From Hyphomicrobiales bacterium (GTDB lineage Bacteria > Pseudomonadota > Alphaproteobacteria > Rhizobiales > Methyloligellaceae), in the NCBI GenBank assembly GCA_050248375.1, contig JBFWSL010000001.1, forward strand, positions 1-42,470: a stretch of DNA of 42,470 nucleotides, given 5' to 3'. This document shows positions 18,969 to 27,078 of this stretch, one piece after another; the stretch's first letter is position 1, and the number at the start of each line of letters is the position of its first letter. The notes beneath the pieces are model-generated. The model had not been told where the DNA came from, ran no database searches, and was given only the letters and a program-made list of their open reading frames with translations. The position numbers were made by a program, and so were the translations under genes.

Positions 18969-20265
18969 CGCCGCCGCCGCCCGCGGTCCTGTCCGGCGCG
19001 AAAACGATATCCACCGTCGTTCCCGCTCCGCTGCTGCTCTCCAGGTGGAAGCTGGCCCGGTTCGCTTCCGCCAGCGCCTTGGTCAGCGGCAGGCCGAGGC
19101 CGGTCCCCACCTGCTTTCGCGGCGCCGTGTCGAGCTGCCGGAAGGGCCGCATCGCCTGCTCGATCTCGGAGCCCGACATGCCAATGCCCGTATCCCGCAC
19201 GCGCAGGCGAACCTCGCCCGATTCCAGCCGGCGCGCCGATACGATCACCTGGCCACCCGGACCGGTGAACTTCACCGCGTTCGACAGCAGGTTGAGCAGC
19301 ACCTGCTTCATCGCCCGGGAATCCGCCAGCACCCGCGGCAGGGGCCCCTCGATATCCGTGCGCAGCACCACGCGTCCCGCCTGCGCCTGCGGCTGCATCA
19401 CGTGCAGGCAGTCCTCCGCCAGGCTTTCCAGGTCGACGGCGGTGAAATTGATCTCGAAGTTTCCCGAGGAGATCTTGGAGATGTCTAGCAGGTCGTTGAT
19501 CAGGCTGAGGGCGTAGAGGCCGCTCTCGTGAATATCGCGGATGTAGCTGCGGTAGCGGTCATTGCCGATCGGCCCGAGCCGCTCCTCCTTCATCAGCTCC
19601 GAGAAACCGATGATCGAATTGAGCGGCGTGCGCACCTCATGGCTCACCTTGGCCAGGAAGTCCGTGCGGTCCACGCCCGCCTCGCCCAGTTGCGCCTGGA
19701 CGCTCGGAAACTCCGCCGATGGCTCCGTGTCCCGTGGCGAAGCCTCGGGCCCGGCCGTGGCGGCCGGCGCGGGGGCCTCCGCCTCCGGCGTCGGGACGGG
19801 CCTGAGCAGCACCAGCTTCAGGATGGCCCCGTCGCCGCCGGCGAAGTTCTGGACCGTGACCGGCATGTCGAGCGAGCGGCCGCTGCGCGACCGTCCGGTA
19901 ACCCGCAATCCCGCGCCGGTGAAGGCGGGGCCGTTGGCGATGGTGTATGCGTCGTCGGGGAAAACCGCCTCGAGACCGCCGGCGGTCATGACATCGGCCG
20001 CGTTGCGGTAGCCGAAGGCGAGAGCGAAGGTCTGGTTGACATGCAGCGTATGCCCGTCGCGCGCCAGCAGCAGCCCCACCGGCAGGGCGTCCAGCAACCC
20101 CTGCAGGAGGGACAGGTCTGCGGGCGCCGCAGAGACGGCTTCGCCCGGGGCTCGCGCCTCGAGGGAAGTCTCCGGCGCGGTCTCCCCGCGGATCAGCCGC
20201 GCGATGACCTGCAGGGTCTCGCTGTCGCTGCCGTCGAGGCTCGCTGCTTCGCCACGTTTCGCCAT
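18961..20265 (-). CDS. Soluble sensor histidine kinase (PAS-like + HisKA + HATPase), PleC/DivJ-like
   Basis: Start set at ATG 20265 (MAKRGEAASL...). H-box FLAKVSHEVRTPLNSIIGFSELM is followed by GNDRYRSYIRDIHESGLYALSLINDLLDISKI, typical of alphaproteobacterial PleC/DivJ/PdhS kinases. G-boxes DTGIGM and GTGLGL. No TM segment. Confidence 0.8.
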   Translation of the reverse strand: MAKRGEAASLDGSDSETLQVIARLIRGETAPETSLEARAPGEAVSAAPADLSLLQGLLDALPVGLLLARDGHTLHVNQTFALAFGYRNAADVMTAGGLEAVFPDDAYTIANGPAFTGAGLRVTGRSRSGRSLDMPVTVQNFAGGDGAILKLVLLRPVPTPEAEAPAPAATAGPEASPRDTEPSAEFPSVQAQLGEAGVDRTDFLAKVSHEVRTPLNSIIGFSELMKEERLGPIGNDRYRSYIRDIHESGLYALSLINDLLDISKISSGNFEINFTAVDLESLAEDCLHVMQPQAQAGRVVLRTDIEGPLPRVLADSRAMKQVLLNLLSNAVKFTGPGGQVIVSARRLESGEVRLRVRDTGIGMSGSEIEQAMRPFRQLDTAPRKQVGTGLGLPLTKALAEANRASFHLESSSGAGTTVDIVFAPDRTAGGGGAS

Positions 20266-20442
20266 GGTCCATCGCCCTGGGCCGGGGACGGGTAGGGGAG
20301 GCCAACCCTGCCTCCGCGCATGCCGAATCCTCGGGCACCGAATGACGCCGCTCTTTCCGCCGCGGAAGAAAAGCGCCGAACCGTGGCCTCCTGATTGGTG
20401 CATACTGTGAATCGCGGGGCCGGTCCACAAGACCGGGCTTTG

Positions 20443-20473
20443 TGCGATGCAATAAGATCATGTTGCATAGCAA
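20443..20473. promoter_or_regulatory. Two TGC-N3-GCA dyads (TGCGATGCA and TTGCATAGCAA) upstream of phasin gene 1; PhaR-operator-like
   Basis: Read directly. The shared block TCATGTTGCATNGCA also occurs upstream of phasin gene 2. Confidence 0.5.
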
Positions 20474-20556
20474 CAAATAGATGGCTAATCTTTGAGCACC
20501 ACCATCCGAGGGAGGCGGGCCGCGCGGCAGGCGCGGGGCGAAACAGGGAGAGCGCT

Positions 20557-20925
20557 GTGACCCAGAAGACACCTTTCGACATTCCCGACAGTGTCCGCGA
20601 CGTTGCGGGCAAGAGCGTTGACCAGGCCCGCGAGGCCTATCGGAACTTCGCCGAGGCGAGCCGCAAGGCCCAGGACTTTATCGAGCGCGCCACCGGCAGC
20701 GCCCAGGCCCAGGCCAAGACCATCCAGGAGAAGAGCCTGCAATACGCCGACGAGAACATGAAGTCGGGCTTTGCACTGGCCGAGAAGCTGCTCAAGGCCA
20801 AAGATTTCCAGGAAACTCTCGAGATCCAAGCAACCTTCGCCCGCCAGCAGGTGGAGGCTTACACCCGCCAGGCCGAGGAGCTGTCCCGCCTGATCTCGGA
20901 AGCTGCCAAGAAGGCCCGCGGCTAG
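20557..20925 (+). CDS. phaP: Phasin family protein (PHB granule-associated)
   Basis: GTG start at 20557 with GGGAGAG SD. 122 aa, helical. IPDSVRDVAGKSVDQAREAYRNF...NMKSGFALAEKLLKAKDFQETLEIQATFARQQ matches the Phasin_2 pattern. Confidence 0.8.
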   Translation: MTQKTPFDIPDSVRDVAGKSVDQAREAYRNFAEASRKAQDFIERATGSAQAQAKTIQEKSLQYADENMKSGFALAEKLLKAKDFQETLEIQATFARQQVEAYTRQAEELSRLISEAAKKARG

Positions 20926-20977
20926 GCGGTTTCCGGAGTCCGCTGGGCGTCCGGCCGGCCGGAATGTGGCAATTTTG

Positions 20978-21007
20978 TTGCAATGCAAAATTCATGTTGC
21001 ATCGCAG
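20978..21007. promoter_or_regulatory. Two TGC-N3-GCA dyads (TTGCAATGCAA and TTGCATCGCAG) upstream of phasin gene 2; PhaR-operator-like
   Basis: Read directly. TTGCAATGCAA is a perfect 11-bp palindrome. Confidence 0.5.
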
Positions 21008-21096
21008 CATCAGACCGCCTATATTTACCGGTAGATTTGAGGCGCGACCGGTTCCGCCGCCATTCGCCGTGGTTCGCGCGCCGAGAGGAGATCGAG

Positions 21097-21609
21097 ATGA
21101 CTGACACCCCCACCACCGAGACGGTTGCCCCGGAGGTCGAGGCGCCGAAGAAGGCAGTAAAGGCCATGAAACCCCTGAACATGAAGCCCAACATGTACCC
21201 TGCCATGGAGATGGCGATGCCCGAGGCCGTGCGTGCCATGGCCGAGCGTTCCGTCGCCCAGACCCGCGATGGCTACGAGAAGGCCAAGACCGCGCTCGAG
21301 GATGCGGTCGGGGTGCTTGAGAAGTCCATCGACATGGCCGGGAAGGGTACCGCCGAGCTGAACCGCAAGGTGATCGACATCGCCCAGGAGAACCTGAACT
21401 CCGGCTTCGATCTGGCCCGCGGTCTCGCCGGCGCGCGCAATCTCGCCGAGATCCTCGAGATTCAGGGAAGCTATTTCCGCAAGCAGCTGGAAGTCCTGGC
21501 CGCTCAGGCCGCCGACGTGCGCGAGCTGTCGTCCCGTGTCGCCACCGACACGGCCGAACCGCTCAAGAGCCACGTTTCCAGCACCATCGACAAGCTGAAG
21601 CTCAACTAG
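21097..21609 (+). CDS. phaP: Phasin family protein with a Met-rich N-terminal extension
   Basis: ATG 21097 with GAGAGGAG SD. 170 aa. NLNSGFDLARGLAGARNLAEILEIQGSYFRKQLE parallels the upstream paralog. Confidence 0.8.
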   Translation: MTDTPTTETVAPEVEAPKKAVKAMKPLNMKPNMYPAMEMAMPEAVRAMAERSVAQTRDGYEKAKTALEDAVGVLEKSIDMAGKGTAELNRKVIDIAQENLNSGFDLARGLAGARNLAEILEIQGSYFRKQLEVLAAQAADVRELSSRVATDTAEPLKSHVSSTIDKLKLN

Positions 21610-21661
21610 CTCGGCGCGGGCGCCGGTCCCGATCGGATACCGGCAGCCGGACGCGTTCAAG

Positions 21662-21696
21662 GGCCCGGACGGAAACGTCCGGGCCTTCGGCTTTTT
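21662..21696 (+). terminator. Rho-independent terminator after phasin gene 2
   Basis: Perfect 10-bp stem GGCCCGGACG-GAAA-CGTCCGGGCC, followed by TTCGGCTTTTT. Confidence 0.8.
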
Positions 21697-21781
21697 GCCG
21701 CGGCCGCGGATGGCCGCCGCTGTCCCGAACCAGTTGAATCCTGTCCCGCTTGCGCTTACGTTGCGCTCGCCCTCGGCATGT

Positions 21782-21858
21782 GCCGCTGTAGCTCAGTTGG
21801 TTAGAGCGCTAGATTGTGGATCTAGAGGTCCCTGGTTCGACCCCAGGCAGCGGTACCA
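21782..21858 (+). tRNA. tRNA-His (anticodon GUG), alphaproteobacterial type without G-1
   Basis: Cloverleaf read by hand. Acceptor stem GCCGCUG/CAGCGGU with G1-U72. D-arm GCUCAGUUGGUUAGAGC. Anticodon loop AUUGUGGAU. T-arm GGUUCGA. A73 and an encoded CCA. The base at position -1 is T. Confidence 0.9.
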
Positions 21859-21949
21859 CAAACCCGGACCCTTAGAGGGGTTCCTCCCAAACCGATATCT
21901 TCTCCGGCTAACACCGGGCTGACATTTGTCGGGCGCGGAAGGACGTCGT

Positions 21950-21982
21950 CTGCGCGCTTCGTTTTCGCCTGCGCGCTTCGTT
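21950..21982. repeat. Tandem direct repeat CTGCGCGCTTCGTT x2 (period 19)
   Basis: Read directly between tRNA-His and the 3' end of the LysR gene. Confidence 0.6.
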
Positions 21983-21986
21983 GAAG

Positions 21987-22904
21987 TCATCTTCTCGCCG
22001 ATGACACCTGCTCGAAGAACCGCGCCGTGAATTCGATGAACGCGGTGCCGATGCGCCGCTGCTGGAATCCGTTCCGCTCCAGACAGCCGACCTCCAGCGG
22101 CAGCAGCCGTTCCTTCGTCGGCCGGTATACGACGCGGGTGCCGTCGTAGGTCGTGCGCATCTGCGGTTCCAGGTTCAGCAGCGAATAGCCAAGTCCGTTG
22201 CCGACGAGCGTGCGAACCGTTTCGAACGAACTGGAGCGAAATCCCACCTTCGGCACCAGGCGCTGGCTGTGGAACAGCGACAGGAAATAGTCCCGGGTGT
22301 GCGGCAGGTCCATGAGCACCAGAGGCTCGTTGGCGATCTGCCGGAGAGAGATGCGCCGCGACGCCGCGAGCCGGTGTCGTGCCGGCAGCACGATCTTGGG
22401 CGGCAGCGTGGCGAGGGTGGTCCATTTGAACTGGTCGGAAAGTCCGAGATTGAAGGTGAGCGCCAGTTCGAAATGTCCCATGCGCAACCCGTTGAGGATG
22501 TCCTCCTGGTCCGCCACGTGAATGCTGACATGCACATGCGGATAGCGCCTGGTGAACTGGGCGAGCAGGTTGGAGAGGTACATCGGGGCGAGGTTCGTGA
22601 AGCAGGCGACACTGATCTCGCCGTGGACTTCGCTGCCCAGAATATGGGCAAACAGCTCCAGTTCCTCGGCCGACGCGATCAGCGACCGCGCCTCGATGGC
22701 GAAGCGCTCGCCCGCCGGCGTGAGCTGCATTCCCCGCGCCGGTAGCCTCACGAAAAGCTGCATATTGAGCCGGTCCTCCAGCGCGCTGATGGCGGTGGAG
22801 ATGGATGCCGGAGAAATATGCAGATGCGTCGACGCGGCCGCGATGGAGCCGGAGTCGGCGGCGGCGAGAAAGTAGCGCAAGGACCTCAGCGAAAAGTCAT
22901 TCAT
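21987..22904 (-). CDS. LysR-family transcriptional regulator
   Basis: Start set at ATG 22904 (MNDFSLRSLRYFLAAADSGSIAAASTHLHISPASISTAISALE, the LTTR HTH signature). It is divergent from the nitrilase gene. Confidence 0.88.
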   Translation of the reverse strand: MNDFSLRSLRYFLAAADSGSIAAASTHLHISPASISTAISALEDRLNMQLFVRLPARGMQLTPAGERFAIEARSLIASAEELELFAHILGSEVHGEISVACFTNLAPMYLSNLLAQFTRRYPHVHVSIHVADQEDILNGLRMGHFELALTFNLGLSDQFKWTTLATLPPKIVLPARHRLAASRRISLRQIANEPLVLMDLPHTRDYFLSLFHSQRLVPKVGFRSSSFETVRTLVGNGLGYSLLNLEPQMRTTYDGTRVVYRPTKERLLPLEVGCLERNGFQQRRIGTAFIEFTARFFEQVSSARR

Positions 22905-22913
22905 ATTTTCCAA

Positions 22914-22925
22914 CGAACATGTTCG
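22914..22925. promoter_or_regulatory. Perfect 12-bp palindrome CGAACATGTTCG in the LysR/nitrilase divergent region
   Basis: Read directly, 10 nt upstream of the LysR ATG. Candidate LTTR recognition site. Confidence 0.4.
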
Positions 22926-23006
22926 AAAAATTCCACTTACTTAAATCTGTCATCCGGCACAACATGAAGCAAGGCCTGTCCATTGATTGTCTGCGAATGG
23001 AGTGCG

Positions 23007-24116
23007 ATGGTGACTGATCCTTCCAGCGTTTCCCGAAAGGTCGTCGTCGCCGTCGCGCATGCCTCCTCTCCCATGCTCGACAAGAACGGCTGCGCCGCGA
23101 AGGCGTGCCGCATGATCGGGGAGGCCGGCGCGCTGGGCGCCCGGCTCGTGGTGTTTCCTGAATCCTTCCTCCCGGGTTTTCCCCTGTGGTGCGCCTTGCA
23201 GCGTCCGATCGACGGACATGCCTTCTTCAAGCGCTTCGCCGAGAACTCGCCCAACCTCGGCGATCCGGCCATCCGCGGCATCGCCGCCGCCGCGGCTCGC
23301 CACCGCGTGATGGTCAGCCTCGGTCTTTCGGAGTCCTCGCCTTCAAGCGAAGGTTGCCTGTGGAACTCCAACATCCTGATTTCCGAACGTGGCGAGCTGC
23401 TGAACCATCATCGCAAGCTGGTGCCGACCTTTTACGAGAAGCTGGTCTGGACCGCCGGCGACGGGGCCGGCCTGCGCGTCGTCGACACGTGCATCGGGCG
23501 CGTGGGCTCGCTCATCTGTGGGGAAAATAACAATCCGCTCTCGCGCTATTCGCTGATGGCGCAGGGCGAGCAGATTCACACGGCAAGCTTCCCGCCCGTC
23601 TGGCCCTTCCGCAATCCCATCGGCGCCAAGCCTTACGACCTGCTCGACGCCATAAGGGTGCGCGCCTCCGCTCACGCCTTCGAGGCCAAGGCCTTCACCC
23701 TGGTCAGCGCCGGGGATCTCGACGAGGCGACCATCGCCGTGCTCAAGGACGCCGGGCCGGACGCGGAGGAGATTCTCCGCGCCAGCCCGCGTTCCTGCTC
23801 CATGATCGTCGGCCCGAACGGCGACCTGCGCTCGGAAGTCCGCAGCGAGGGCGACGGTCTTGTTGCCGCCGAGATCGACGTGTCCGAAGTCACCGGTCTC
23901 AAGCAGCATCACGACATGGCGGGCTACTACAACCGTCTCGACATCTTTTCCGTGTCCGTCGACCGCACGCGCCACAGCACGGCGACCTTCAAGGGACCGG
24001 AGCGGATCGAGCCGAAAGAATTGCTGGCGGTCAAAAGAGCCGCCGTCGAGGGAAACGACAGGGCTGGCGCAAACAGCAACCAGGATCCATTGCAACCCCG
24101 GGAATTGGAGGCATAG
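23007..24116 (+). CDS. Nitrilase (carbon-nitrogen hydrolase superfamily, branch 1-like)
   Basis: ATG 23007 with GGAG SD. Catalytic Glu-Lys-Cys contexts VFPESF, HRKLVPT and LICGENNNP. The C-terminal HHDMAGYYNRLDIFSVSVDR resembles the nitrilase tail motif. Confidence 0.85.
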   Translation: MVTDPSSVSRKVVVAVAHASSPMLDKNGCAAKACRMIGEAGALGARLVVFPESFLPGFPLWCALQRPIDGHAFFKRFAENSPNLGDPAIRGIAAAAARHRVMVSLGLSESSPSSEGCLWNSNILISERGELLNHHRKLVPTFYEKLVWTAGDGAGLRVVDTCIGRVGSLICGENNNPLSRYSLMAQGEQIHTASFPPVWPFRNPIGAKPYDLLDAIRVRASAHAFEAKAFTLVSAGDLDEATIAVLKDAGPDAEEILRASPRSCSMIVGPNGDLRSEVRSEGDGLVAAEIDVSEVTGLKQHHDMAGYYNRLDIFSVSVDRTRHSTATFKGPERIEPKELLAVKRAAVEGNDRAGANSNQDPLQPRELEA

Positions 24117-24118
24117 TC

Positions 24119-25258
24119 ATGGCCTTTCTCGCACGTCGCCTTCCGGTATCACTCAGAAACCTGGCCCTCGGCATCATCGCCCTGGCCGCATCTTTCGGCT
24201 CCACGCCGGCCCACAGCCTCGACTTCGGCAAACCGGGCGAACCGGTGCACCTCGTGGTCGGCCATCCCTGCTGCTACACCGAGGTGTGGTCGGTGATGGT
24301 GCTGCGCGGCAAGGAGCTTTGGAAGAAATACCTTCCCGAGGGCTCCACGGTCGAATACCAGACCGGCCTGCAGGGTTCGACCATCGTCAACTCCATGCTC
24401 GCCGGCAAGCAGCATATCGGCTACATCGGCGACCTTCCCGCGATCATCGCCAGCACCAAGACCCAGGTCGCCGACGTGCGTCTGCTCGCCGTCGCCGGGG
24501 TCGCCTACGACCAGTGCAACGTGCTGCTGGCGCGCACGGACGCGCCCGAGTTCAAGTCTCCCGAGGAGGCCGCGAAGTGGCTGAGCGGGAAGCAGATGGC
24601 GGTGCCGAAGGGCGCCTGCTCCGATATGTTCTCCCGAGAGGTTTTCAAACGCGCGGGCGTGGAGCCGTCCGCCTATCTCAACCAGAATGTCGAGGTCATC
24701 ACCAGCGGCTTCCGCGCCGGCAAGCTCGACAGCGCGGCCATCTGGGAGCCGGTGGCTTCCCGCCTGGTGCTCGAAGGCCTCGCCCGCCGCATCACCTCGG
24801 GTGTCGACTATGGCCTGAAGGACTCCGGTTACGTCATCATGCGCGGTGAACTGGTCGAACAGCGCCCCGACGTGGTCAAGGGCTGGCTCAAGGCCGAGCT
24901 GGAGGCCCAGCGCTACATGACCGATCCCAAGAACGCCAAGGAAATCATCGATCTGGTGAAGACCCAGACCACGGGTTTTCCGGAAAAGTCGCTCTGGATG
25001 GCGCTCTACAACAAGTTCCCGAAGTCCCAGGGCGGCACCGATCCCCGCATGGAGCTGCCTTTCGTCTTCACGCCGGAAGTCATGGGGCTGCTCGGCAAGG
25101 GCGCGGCATTCCTGCACGAGATCAAGGCGATCCCGGAGCCCAGGCTGCGCGATAAGGCCGTCATGCCCGCTTTCGCCGAGGAAGTGCTCAAGGAAGCCGG
25201 CCTTGCGACGGCGGGCACAGTTCCGGCTCTGCCGGACTCGGCCTACACGGGCCAATAG
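24119..25258 (+). CDS. ABC transporter substrate-binding protein, NitT/TauT (NMT1/SsuA-like) family
   Basis: Starts 2 nt after the nitrilase stop, with GGAGG SD. Signal peptide LALGIIALAASFGSTPAHS. Family assigned by overall resemblance. Confidence 0.75.
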   Translation: MAFLARRLPVSLRNLALGIIALAASFGSTPAHSLDFGKPGEPVHLVVGHPCCYTEVWSVMVLRGKELWKKYLPEGSTVEYQTGLQGSTIVNSMLAGKQHIGYIGDLPAIIASTKTQVADVRLLAVAGVAYDQCNVLLARTDAPEFKSPEEAAKWLSGKQMAVPKGACSDMFSREVFKRAGVEPSAYLNQNVEVITSGFRAGKLDSAAIWEPVASRLVLEGLARRITSGVDYGLKDSGYVIMRGELVEQRPDVVKGWLKAELEAQRYMTDPKNAKEIIDLVKTQTTGFPEKSLWMALYNKFPKSQGGTDPRMELPFVFTPEVMGLLGKGAAFLHEIKAIPEPRLRDKAVMPAFAEEVLKEAGLATAGTVPALPDSAYTGQ

Positions 25259-25291
25259 GCGGCGCACCGGGAGCAGGCCGAGCGAAGAAGC

Positions 25292-26194
25292 GTGGCCCCG
25301 ATGACTGTTGACGCCGCCAATCCACCTGCAGCCGGGGACGGACTGGCCCAGCCAGGGCGTCTCCGGCTGACCTTCTACAGGCTCGGCCGGTGGATCAGGA
25401 GCCCGCGTCCCTATCTGATGCTGCTTGGCTTCGCCGTCGTTCTCGGCTTCTGGTATCTCAGCGTCGAAGTCTGGCGTCTGCCCCGCTTCGCGGGCATGCC
25501 GGGCCTGACCACGGTGGTCGTCGAGTGGCTCAGCCCCGACCCCGTCTACGGTATCTCCATCTACACGCCCGACTATTACTGGCACATCCTCGTCAGCCTG
25601 CGCCGGGTGCTCACCGCTTTCTTCCTCGCCACCGCCATCGGCGTGCCGCTCGGCCTGATGCTCGGCTGGTCGCAGGCCTTCCGTGCCTATGTCTTCCCCA
25701 TCTTCGAGGTGCTGCGGCCGATACCGGCGCTGGCCTGGGTGCCTCTGGCCATCATCATGTTCCAGGGCACCGAGACGCCGGTGATCTTCGTGACGTTCCT
25801 GCCCGCCTTCTTCGCCACGACGCTGAACACGATGCTGGGCGTGCAATCGATCGACGAGTCCTATATACGCGCCGCCCGCTGCCTCGGCGCCAACCGCCGC
25901 CAGATCTTCCGCCACATCATCATTCCCGGCGCGCTGCCCTTCATCTTCACCGGCCTGCAGATCGCCATGGGCGTCTCCTGGTTCTCGCTGGTGGCGGGCG
26001 AGATGATCTCGGGCGAGTACGGCCTCGGCTACATCATCTACACGTCCTACACGATGGTGAGCTATCCCACGATATTCATCGGCATGATCACTCTCGGCAT
26101 GGTCGGCTACGCCACCAGCGCCGTCGTGCGCCTTGTGGGCGACTGGCTCATGCAGTGGCGCGTGCGTGAGCTCGCGCTGGAAGGTTCGCGATGA
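25292..26194 (+). CDS. ABC transporter permease 1 (NitT/TauT family)
   Basis: Six-TM BPD-type permease. EAA-loop region SIDESYIRAARCLGANRRQIFRHIIIPGALP. The start is GTG 25292 or ATG 25301. Confidence 0.8.
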   Translation: MAPMTVDAANPPAAGDGLAQPGRLRLTFYRLGRWIRSPRPYLMLLGFAVVLGFWYLSVEVWRLPRFAGMPGLTTVVVEWLSPDPVYGISIYTPDYYWHILVSLRRVLTAFFLATAIGVPLGLMLGWSQAFRAYVFPIFEVLRPIPALAWVPLAIIMFQGTETPVIFVTFLPAFFATTLNTMLGVQSIDESYIRAARCLGANRRQIFRHIIIPGALPFIFTGLQIAMGVSWFSLVAGEMISGEYGLGYIIYTSYTMVSYPTIFIGMITLGMVGYATSAVVRLVGDWLMQWRVRELALEGSR

Positions 26195-27075
26195 GCGCCG
26201 CCGACACGCATATGGCGGCAAGGGCGAAACCTCGCCAGTCGAAGACCGCTAGCGCACGTCGCGGAGCCATCGCCATTTCCGATGTGGTCAAGGTCTATGG
26301 CTCCGGCGACAAGGCGGTGTGCGCGGTCGATCATTGCAGCTTCGATATTCCCGCGGGCGAGATCACCATGGTGGTCGGCCCGTCCGGCTGCGGCAAGACC
26401 ACGCTGCTGAACGCTATCGCCGGCTTCCACAGCATCACCTCCGGAGAGATACGTCTGGACGGGGACATCCTGTGCGGGCCGGGCCGTCCGCAGGCGGAAC
26501 CGGGACCCGACCGCATCGTGGTGTTCCAGAACGGCGCCCTGTTCCCGTGGAAGACCGTGCTTGAGAATGTGGTCTTCGGGCCGGCGATGCAGGGCGGCAT
26601 GCCCCTGAAGGTTGCCAACGAAAAGGCGCGCGGCATGCTCCGGGATGCGGGGCTCACGGGCGTGGAGCACAACTATCCCGGAGAGCTGTCGTCGGGCATG
26701 CGCCGGCGGGTGGAGATCGTTCGCGCGTTGATGAACGATCCGAGCGTGCTGTTGCTGGACGAGCCGTTCCGCGCGCTCGACTCCCTGACCAAATCGGTGA
26801 TGCACGAGGCGCTGCTGCAGATCTTCTACAACAACCGCGTCACCATCATGTTCATCACCCACGACCTGGAGGAGGCCATTTTCCTCGGGGATAACGTGGT
26901 CATCACCACCTCGCGGCCGTGCAGGCCCAAGAAGATCCTGCGCGTCGATCTTCCGCATCCGCGCGACTACTCGATGCTCACGGACAGGCGCTTCCGCGAG
27001 CTGCACGACGAGACCATGGAAGCCGTGCACGAAGAAGCCCGCAAGGCCTTCGATGCCGGCGAGCGGGAGGGCTAG
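26191..27075 (+). CDS. ABC transporter ATP-binding protein 1
   Basis: ATGA overlap with permease 1. Walker A GPSGCGKT, signature variant LSSGM, Walker B LLLDEPF, H-loop ITHD. Confidence 0.88.
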   Translation: MSAADTHMAARAKPRQSKTASARRGAIAISDVVKVYGSGDKAVCAVDHCSFDIPAGEITMVVGPSGCGKTTLLNAIAGFHSITSGEIRLDGDILCGPGRPQAEPGPDRIVVFQNGALFPWKTVLENVVFGPAMQGGMPLKVANEKARGMLRDAGLTGVEHNYPGELSSGMRRRVEIVRALMNDPSVLLLDEPFRALDSLTKSVMHEALLQIFYNNRVTIMFITHDLEEAIFLGDNVVITTSRPCRPKKILRVDLPHPRDYSMLTDRRFRELHDETMEAVHEEARKAFDAGEREG

Positions 27076-27078
27076 GCG

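Noticed and set aside
24149-26221. 690-aa minus-strand ORF, with its neighbours 26107..27387 and 27840..28856
   Set aside because: They run antisense to the clearly recognisable binding-protein, permease and ATPase genes. Their composition is low-complexity and Arg/Gly/His-rich, with no SD or domain signatures.
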